From assembly GCA_026627155.1 (NCBI GenBank), contig JAPNUJ010000001.1, forward strand, positions 1 to 63,933: 63,933 bases of DNA. The letters are read 5' to 3'. Origin of the DNA: Bacillota bacterium. GTDB lineage: Bacteria; Bacillota; Bacilli; Alicyclobacillales; SLC66. The notes below the pieces were generated by a model. The model saw only the letters and a program-made list of their open reading frames with translations. It ran no database searches and was not told the origin of the DNA. Position 1 is the stretch's first letter. Each line of letters opens with the position of its first letter. Of this stretch, positions 57,477 through 63,933 are shown one piece after another. A program made the translations under genes and the position numbers.

Positions 57477-58298
57477 TCAGCGGTCCAGTGCCGCGCGGAA
57501 GAACGCCAGCGTTTGCGCAAATGCATCCCTGGCGGCGGTCACCTGGTAGGACTTGCGGGTGTCATTGAAAAACGCGTGCTGGGCACCTTCGTAAACCGTG
57601 TAGGCAAAGTCCTTTCCAGCCGTTTCCATCGCCATCGCAAACTCAGGCACCGCGTCGGTGATGCGGCCATCGAGGGCGCCGTAAAACCCGCGAACCGGAC
57701 AAGCGATGGCGTGCAATCGATCCGCAGCGGGCGCGTTGCCGTAAAAGATAGCGGCCCCTGCCAACTGCGGATCGAGGCAAGCCAGCAAGGCAGACAAGGC
57801 GCCACCCATGCAAAAGCCGACCGACACAACGCCTTGGCCTTTGGTATGTTCGCATTGGTCGCGCAAGAAGCTGGAGGCCGCCGTCAGCGCGCCCGTGTAC
57901 CGGTCCATCTGCAGACCTCCAAAGAGGGTCGCAAACGTCTCTTGGATAGCACCGCGTTCGGCTTCAGGCAATTTGTCCATCTCCGCTTGGCGAGCTTCAG
58001 GACTGTGCCACGCGGTCGACGGCATCGTGTCGAGAAACGCCTTGACGGCCTCCACGCGATCGGCAGCAAGCACCGTCGGCCGTTTTCCATCCACCGCGTA
58101 CAAGTCAGGGGCAAATGACACGTAGCCCGCCTCGGCAAACCGCCGCGCCACGTCCTCGATGTGGTCGTCGACTCCCCAAATCTCTTGGATGACAATCACC
58201 ACGGGCAAGGGACCGTCTGCCCGGCTCGGCTTTTGCAACAGACCGACGTACTGACCTTCGTTACCGTACCGGACCCACTCCGTATGCAGTTTCATCAT
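57477..58298 (-). CDS. Dienelactone hydrolase family protein
   Basis: Contains VVIVIQEIWGVDDHIEDVARRFAEAGY, GFCMGG (nucleophile elbow) and GAQHAFFND. Confidence 0.85.
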   Translation of the reverse strand: MMKLHTEWVRYGNEGQYVGLLQKPSRADGPLPVVIVIQEIWGVDDHIEDVARRFAEAGYVSFAPDLYAVDGKRPTVLAADRVEAVKAFLDTMPSTAWHSPEARQAEMDKLPEAERGAIQETFATLFGGLQMDRYTGALTAASSFLRDQCEHTKGQGVVSVGFCMGGALSALLACLDPQLAGAAIFYGNAPAADRLHAIACPVRGFYGALDGRITDAVPEFAMAMETAGKDFAYTVYEGAQHAFFNDTRKSYQVTAARDAFAQTLAFFRAALDR

Positions 58299-58373
58299 CG
58301 ATCCGCTCCTGTCGATTCAGTATGTACATCTCCAAACTGCGACTACACAGGCGACACCGCGACCACGACGATG

Positions 58374-59825
58374 CTAGAATAGCATCTCAGTCGCCCGTTC
58401 ACGCCGGGCCACGCCCGTGGCCACAGCGGCCTCGGCAACAGCGAGACTCACAGCCTTGGCGATGCGCTTGTTAAATACGCTGGGAATGATGTAGTTCTCA
58501 TTCAACTCGTCATCCGTGACGATCGATGCGATCGCCCGCGCTGCAGCGAGCTTCATCTCTTCGTTGATCGTACTCGCCCGGGCGTTCAGCGCCCCGCGAA
58601 AGATGCCGGGGAAACACAAGACATTGTTGATTTGGTTGGGATAATCCGACCGTCCAGTTGCCATCACCCGAACGTACGGCTCCGCTTCTTCCGGGGCGAT
58701 TTCGGGCGTAGGGTTGGCCATGGCAAAGACGATCGGGTCCTTGGCCATCGACTTGACATCATCGACTTTGAGGACGCCGGGACCGGATAGCCCGATAAAC
58801 ACATCAGCGCCATGTATCACTTGGCTGAGTGGCCCTGACAAGTTCTCCGGGTTGGTATGCTCCTTGTACCAGTTCCACACCGGATTGTCATACTCCTGCC
58901 CACGCACAAGTGCACCTTGGCGGTCCACCCCGATGACGTTGGTGACGCCTGCGGCCAGGAGCATCTTGGAACAGGCGACGCCTGCGGCCCCGATGCCGGT
59001 CACAACCACCTTGATGTCATCCATCCGCTTGCCTACGACTTTGACAGCGTTCAGCAACCCAGCCAGCAAGACCACGGCCGTACCGTGCTGATCATCGTGA
59101 AATACGGGAATGTCCAGTTCTTTGCGCAAGCGTTCCTCGATGTCAAAACACCGCGGCGCCGAGATGTCTTCCAGGTTGATCCCACCAAACACCGGTGCAA
59201 TCGCCTTCACGATCGCCACGATCTCATCGGGATCTTTCGTGTCCAAGCAGATGGGAAATGCATCGACTTCGGCAAACTGCTTGAACAGCATGGCCTTGCC
59301 TTCCATCACGGGCATCGCCGCCGAGGGCCCGATGTCGCCAAGCCCCAAAACGGCAGTTCCGTCCGATACGATCGCCACCATGTTGCGCTTGATCGTCAAC
59401 TGAAAGGCCTTCGCCGGGTCTTCATGGATGGCCATGCATACGCGCGCGACGTCCGGCGTGTAGACCCGTGACAAATCGTCGCGATTCTTGACCGGGGACT
59501 TGGGGCGCATCTCGATCTTGCCGCCGAGATGCAGCAAAAACGTGCGGTCCGAGACGTTGACGACACGGACCCCTTTGAGCGCCTCCAGCGTCCGAACGAT
59601 CTGTTGCGCGTGCTCGCGATCAAAGGCATGAATCGTCACATCGCGCAGAGCCGTCTTCTTGGACACCTGAATCACGTCGACCGCGACGATGTCGCCACCG
59701 CATTCGCCGATCGCCTTGGCCAGCTGACCATAGATGGCACTGTCGTTATCAAGTTCAAGACGCAGGATCAGACTGGTACTGGCACTATGTTGCAGATCAC
59801 TCAACCTCCCCAACCGACCGTCCAT
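58374..59825 (-). CDS. NAD(P)-dependent malic enzyme with an N-terminal ACT-like domain
   Basis: Contains SRVYTPDVARV, FPICLD, INLEDISAPRCF, VVTGIGAAGVA (Rossmann) and PEI. ATG 59825 (MDGRLGRL) is preferred, since the upstream part of ORF 58374..60017 overlaps pdhD. Confidence 0.9.
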   Translation of the reverse strand: MDGRLGRLSDLQHSASTSLILRLELDNDSAIYGQLAKAIGECGGDIVAVDVIQVSKKTALRDVTIHAFDREHAQQIVRTLEALKGVRVVNVSDRTFLLHLGGKIEMRPKSPVKNRDDLSRVYTPDVARVCMAIHEDPAKAFQLTIKRNMVAIVSDGTAVLGLGDIGPSAAMPVMEGKAMLFKQFAEVDAFPICLDTKDPDEIVAIVKAIAPVFGGINLEDISAPRCFDIEERLRKELDIPVFHDDQHGTAVVLLAGLLNAVKVVGKRMDDIKVVVTGIGAAGVACSKMLLAAGVTNVIGVDRQGALVRGQEYDNPVWNWYKEHTNPENLSGPLSQVIHGADVFIGLSGPGVLKVDDVKSMAKDPIVFAMANPTPEIAPEEAEPYVRVMATGRSDYPNQINNVLCFPGIFRGALNARASTINEEMKLAAARAIASIVTDDELNENYIIPSVFNKRIAKAVSLAVAEAAVATGVARRERATEMLF

Positions 59826-59871
59826 TCGATTATAGCAAACTCGCGGCCAGGACCCTATCGCGTAGACGAGC

Positions 59872-61281
59872 CTATTTGACGAGAATGTGAATCGGTGAAC
59901 CCAGTGCCACTTCGGCCGCTTCCATGACCATCTCACCCAGTGTGGGGTGGGCATGGATCGTAAGCGCAACATCCTCCAGGGTCGCCGACAGTTCAATCGC
60001 CAGTGCGAGCTCGGCAATCAGGTTGGACGCCTCCATCCCAATGACCTGCGCGCCTACCAAAAGGCCAGTTTCCTGCTCCGCGATCAGTCTCACAAAGCCG
60101 GCGTCTGCCTGGAGCGCCACGGCGCGGCCGTTCGCGGCAAAGTGAAAGCGGCCGACGGCGATGTTCCCGTACCGTTCGCGAGCTTCCATTTCCGAGAGCC
60201 CCACGCTGGCGATCTCCGGGTCAGAGAACACGACAGACGGAAGGCAGCGATAATCGACCACGCTACTGTGGCCCGCGATCACTTCGGCGGCGACTTTGCC
60301 TTCATAGGAGGCCTTGTGCGCCAAGGCCGGGCCCGCGACGATATCGCCGATCGCGAAGATGTGCGCGGCGCTCGTGCGACACTGCGAATCGACCTCGATC
60401 AAGCCGCGCTCGGTGAGCTTCACACCCGCCGTTTCGAGCCCCAGTTCTTCGGTGTTCGGACGCCGACCGACCGTGACGAGAATGTAGTCCGCCGTCACCT
60501 GTTTCTCCTCGCCCTTCACGGTGAACGTGAGCGTAATCCCATCCCCATCCTCTTTGACAGACTGGGCCAGGGCGTCCGTGTGAACGGCCACGTCTTGTGC
60601 CTTGAGTGTGCGCACGACGAGTCTTGACAACTGCGCGTCAAACAGCGGCAGGATGCTCGGGCTACCCTCGACGATCGTGACCTTTGAACCGAAACGCGCA
60701 AACGCCTGCCCCAGTTCGATGCCAATGTACCCGCCGCCGATCACGATCAGCCGCTTGGGCACCTCCGTCAGCGCCAACGCCTCCGTGGACGACAATACGC
60801 GCGGTCCAAAGGGGATGGACTTCAGTTCAATCGGACGCGACCCCGTCGCAACGATGGCATGGGCAAACCGATAGCCGTGCGCCTCTGTCTCGGTCATGAT
60901 GCGCACTTCGTCCGGCTTGGCGAAGAACGCCTCACCGCGAATCACTTCCACGCCGTGGCCTTTGAGCAACGTTCGGACGCCGCCTGTCATCTTGTCGACC
61001 ACGCCTTGCTTCCAGCGCTGCACCTCACCAAAGTCCAGTTCCGCCGTTGTCCGTATGCCGGGGAACAGCTCTTTGCGGGCGTCATCATAGTGATGGGCGG
61101 ACGAGATCAGTGCCTTGGACGGAATACAGCCGCGGTTCAGGCACACGCCGCCGAGTTCATCCTTGTCGACAAGCGTGACTGACTTGCCCAGTTGGGCCGC
61201 GCGGATAGCCGCCACATACCCGCCAGGCCCACCACCGATCACAACGACATCGACTTCTTCAGTCAATTCTCCTACGACCAT
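59872..61281 (-). CDS. pdhD: Dihydrolipoyl dehydrogenase (E3)
   Basis: Contains VVIGGGPGGYVAAIRAAQLG, the redox disulfide GGVCLNRGCIPSKAL, and HAHPTLGE. Confidence 0.96.
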   Translation of the reverse strand: MVVGELTEEVDVVVIGGGPGGYVAAIRAAQLGKSVTLVDKDELGGVCLNRGCIPSKALISSAHHYDDARKELFPGIRTTAELDFGEVQRWKQGVVDKMTGGVRTLLKGHGVEVIRGEAFFAKPDEVRIMTETEAHGYRFAHAIVATGSRPIELKSIPFGPRVLSSTEALALTEVPKRLIVIGGGYIGIELGQAFARFGSKVTIVEGSPSILPLFDAQLSRLVVRTLKAQDVAVHTDALAQSVKEDGDGITLTFTVKGEEKQVTADYILVTVGRRPNTEELGLETAGVKLTERGLIEVDSQCRTSAAHIFAIGDIVAGPALAHKASYEGKVAAEVIAGHSSVVDYRCLPSVVFSDPEIASVGLSEMEARERYGNIAVGRFHFAANGRAVALQADAGFVRLIAEQETGLLVGAQVIGMEASNLIAELALAIELSATLEDVALTIHAHPTLGEMVMEAAEVALGSPIHILVK

Positions 61282-61284
61282 GCC

Positions 61285-62754
61285 TCACACCTCCAACAAC
61301 ATCAGACGCGGATTCTCGAGCAGCTTTTTGATTTCATTGACAAACTGTTGGCCGAGCACCCCGTCAATGATGCGGTGATCAAAACTGAGCGACAGCGCCA
61401 TCATGTGGGCCGGAACGATCTCACCGTTTTTGATGACAGGCTTCTCGGTAATTCGCCCCACACCCAAGATGGCGACTTCCGGATAGTTGATAATCGGCGT
61501 AAAGAACAGTCCCCCTGCGGAACCGATGTTGGTAATGGAGATGGTGCTGCCCTTGATCTCAGACGAAGCGAGTTTCCCAGCGCGACCTTTCGTCGCGAGG
61601 TCATCGATCTCTGTGGCGATGGAGAACATGCTTTTTCGGTCCGCGTGGCGCACGACCGGGACGAGCAAGCCACGTTCCGTGTCCGTCGCGATCCCGACGT
61701 GATAGAAGCGTTTGATCACCAATTCCTGCCGTTCTTCATCGAGCGAGGCGTTGAGCTGAGGGTAGCGACGCAGGGCGGCGACTAGCGCCTTTACAATAAA
61801 GGGCAAATACGTGATCTTAACGCCTCGCTCCGCGGCGAGCGGTTTGATCTCTGAGCGAAATCGGACCAACTCCGTCACATCCACCTCGTCCATCAGCGTG
61901 ACGTGCGGCGCCGTGTACTTCGACTTGGCCATCGCTTGCGCAATGATCTTGCGAATCGATGTGAGCGGCACGCGTTCTTCAAGCGCTTCGGCAACCGCCT
62001 CCAGTGTGGCGCCCATCGGCGAGGGAGCGACGGATCGCGTGTCTTCGCCAGTCGAGCGGCCTCCTAGTCCTTCACTCGCTGCGCTCACGTCAGAGGGGCT
62101 CGGCTGAGCCCCTGCCGAACCACTGGCTGTGGATGCAGATGCTGCAGCGGCTGCGACCGCGGCCTCCACGTCGTCCCGCGTGATCTTCCCAGCGGTTCCA
62201 GACCCGACGAGGTGGCGCAAGTCGATGCCAGCCTCCCGCGCAAACTTGCGCACACCAGGTGTCGCGAGCACCTCACCCGCCAAACTGGCCGCCGTGCTGC
62301 CGGCGACGACCGCAGTCGCAGGCGCAGCCGGGGCGGCATTGGCGGTTACTTGGCTCGGATGGGTGGCCTGGGTGGCCGGTGTAGGCTGGGTCACCGGTGT
62401 CAGCGCTCCGACCTCTGCGACAGCGACGTTGTGGACGACTGTGCCGAGTCCGGCTTCAGACACAGCGACTGCGGGAGCCGGGGCGGTAGTCACCTCGTTG
62501 CCTGCACCCTCGACTGCGAAAGTGATGAACAGATCGCCGACAACGGCCGTGGCGCCCGCCTGAACGTGGATCTCCTGCACTTGACCAGTCACAGGACTTG
62601 GGACTTCGACCATCGCTTTGTCGTTCTCCACTTGGGCGATCGCGTCATCCTCTTTCACCTGATCACCCGGTTTGACCAGCCACTGATCCACGCGTCCCTC
62701 GTGCAGACCCTCACCGAGTTCCGGAAAGCGAAATACAAACTGCCCCATCACCAA
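61285..62754 (-). CDS. pdhC: Dihydrolipoamide acetyltransferase (E2)
   Basis: Lipoyl domain (IAQVENDKAMVEVPSP), E3-binding domain (ATPGVRKFAREAGIDLRHL) and catalytic domain (LSLSFDHRIIDG). Confidence 0.95.
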   Translation of the reverse strand: MVMGQFVFRFPELGEGLHEGRVDQWLVKPGDQVKEDDAIAQVENDKAMVEVPSPVTGQVQEIHVQAGATAVVGDLFITFAVEGAGNEVTTAPAPAVAVSEAGLGTVVHNVAVAEVGALTPVTQPTPATQATHPSQVTANAAPAAPATAVVAGSTAASLAGEVLATPGVRKFAREAGIDLRHLVGSGTAGKITRDDVEAAVAAAAASASTASGSAGAQPSPSDVSAASEGLGGRSTGEDTRSVAPSPMGATLEAVAEALEERVPLTSIRKIIAQAMAKSKYTAPHVTLMDEVDVTELVRFRSEIKPLAAERGVKITYLPFIVKALVAALRRYPQLNASLDEERQELVIKRFYHVGIATDTERGLLVPVVRHADRKSMFSIATEIDDLATKGRAGKLASSEIKGSTISITNIGSAGGLFFTPIINYPEVAILGVGRITEKPVIKNGEIVPAHMMALSLSFDHRIIDGVLGQQFVNEIKKLLENPRLMLLEV

Positions 62755-62783
62755 GCCCCTCTCTCGTTCCCGTCATGGACCCT

Positions 62784-63764
62784 CTACGATGTCATCACTG
62801 CGTCAAACGCAGTTTGCACCCGACCCGTGGTCGGCAACCATTCATCCTCGATCAGTCCAAAGGGATACACCGTGTCAGGAGCGGTCACGCGCAGCACAGG
62901 CCCTTCCAGATGATAAATGGCGTGTTCGTTGATCTGGGCCACGATCTCAGCGGCGGCACCCGCCGATTTTTGCGCCTCTTGCAAGACAATGGCCCGATGA
63001 GTCTTCTTCACAGAGGCCACGATCGTCTCGATGTCAATCGGACTGATGGTCCGCAGATCAATGACCTCAGCCTCAATGCCACGGGTCTTGGCCCACTCGT
63101 CAGCTGCCTTGATCGCGGTATGCACCATCGCTCCGTAAGCCACGACGGTCAAGTCGTTGCCAGGACGGACGACATTGGCGCGCCCGAGTTCGATGCTGTA
63201 CCACTCCTCTGGCACCTCCTGGCGCATCGACCGGTAGAGCTTCATGTGCTCCAAAAAGAACACGGGATCGTTGTCGCGAATCGAGGCGATGAGCAGTCCC
63301 TTGGCGTCATATGGGTTCGACGGAACGACGACTTTCAGTCCCGGCGTCTGCAATAGCAGACCTTCCAGGCTATCCGCATGCATCTCCGGCGTCTTCACGC
63401 CGCCCCCAAACGGGGCTCGATAGGTGATCGGGCATGTATACCTCCCACCCGAGCGAAAGCGCATCCGTGCGGCTTGCCCTGCGATCTCGTCGAATGTCTC
63501 AAAGACGAACCCGAAAAACTGGATCTCCATCACCGGCCGAAACCCCTGGATCGCCAAGCCGGTTGCCAGACCACCGATTCCCGATTCCGCCAGCGGCGTG
63601 TCAAACACCCTCTGATCACCGTACTTTTTTTGCAAACCATCCGTAGCTCGAAAGACCCCGCCGCTTTGCCCGACGTCCTCCCCAAACAACAGCACGGACT
63701 CATCGCGTCCAAGTTCGAGGTCCAGGGCGTTTGTCACGGCCTGGATCATCGTCATCTGTGCCAT
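62784..63764 (-). CDS. pdhB: Pyruvate dehydrogenase E1 beta subunit
   Basis: [18 protein letters not shown]...[15 protein letters not shown]...MEIQFFGF is near-identical in pattern to Bacillus PdhB. Confidence 0.96.
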   Translation of the reverse strand: MAQMTMIQAVTNALDLELGRDESVLLFGEDVGQSGGVFRATDGLQKKYGDQRVFDTPLAESGIGGLATGLAIQGFRPVMEIQFFGFVFETFDEIAGQAARMRFRSGGRYTCPITYRAPFGGGVKTPEMHADSLEGLLLQTPGLKVVVPSNPYDAKGLLIASIRDNDPVFFLEHMKLYRSMRQEVPEEWYSIELGRANVVRPGNDLTVVAYGAMVHTAIKAADEWAKTRGIEAEVIDLRTISPIDIETIVASVKKTHRAIVLQEAQKSAGAAAEIVAQINEHAIYHLEGPVLRVTAPDTVYPFGLIEDEWLPTTGRVQTAFDAVMTS

Positions 63765-63933
63765 CTACTTTCCCTCCCCGGCAAACTGTTCGCGCTGCGC
63801 CCGCAAATCGGCGGGTAGCGTCTCAAACATCGTGTCGATCAATCCCGCGACACTCATCGCGGGATATCGGTCCGCCTGTTCAAGTGCGTCCTTTACCGCG
63901 GTGTTCGCCTCTTCCACCACGCGTTCCTCATCC
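63765..63933 (-). CDS. pdhA: Pyruvate dehydrogenase E1 alpha subunit, C-terminal 55 codons (gene starts beyond the right edge)
   Basis: The reverse complement reads DEERVVEEANTAVKDALEQADRYPAMSVAGLIDTMFETLPADLRAQREQFAGEGK*, with TAG at 63767..63765 directly before the pdhB ATG. Confidence 0.85.
   Translation of the reverse strand, partial: DEERVVEEANTAVKDALEQADRYPAMSVAGLIDTMFETLPADLRAQREQFAGEGK

Overview
This 63.9-kb window comes from a high-G+C (about 60% by eye) endospore-forming Bacillota chromosome. I infer that from spoVB, yunB, ytxC, a cotS/ysxE-type kinase, an SLH protein and Bacillus-like gene order; Alicyclobacillaceae-like is only a guess. Almost all of it is tightly packed core housekeeping sequence. 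The blocks are secD-comN-like ... spoVB ... trmB-yajC-tgt-queA, then sigI-rsgI, ruvBAC-yebC and nadE. Next come sporulation genes (cotS-like, LysM protein, yunB), tyrS, PBP1A, mutS2, cvpA-zapA-pheTS, trmH, kynU and ilvD. The window ends with a GntR/ABC module, rplT-rpmI-infC-thrS-ytxC, a malic enzyme gene and pdhABCD. I found three T-box leaders (Tyr UAC, Phe UUC, Thr ACC), an L20-leader-like attenuator upstream of infC, an AUU start for infC, and several clean intrinsic terminators. I found no rRNA, tRNA, CRISPR array, transposase, integrase or recognisable defence or toxin system, so I cannot point to a convincing novel multi-gene system. The least ordinary loci are these. (1) A sigI-rsgI cassette plus about 1 kb of ORF-free DNA sits inside the normally contiguous ruvB-queA block, and RsgI ends in a 15-nt-periodic GPQGK repeat array that breaks frame near 10095-10103. 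(2) An ECF sigma/anti-sigma module carries a low-G+C HIT-like gene at its end, and two TGAAAC-N16-nnTCTA promoter-like sites precede a DUF4097-like operon and an SLH wall protein. (3) Short tandem repeats recur throughout: in-frame 9-nt arrays inside queA, pheT and an Eis-like GNAT gene, a 10-nt x5.6 array copied from the ilvD stop region, and a 30-nt duplication of the thrS 3' end. (4) An AT-rich gap lies at 40.3-40.5 kb. All family assignments are motif and synteny recognition by eye; no searches were run.
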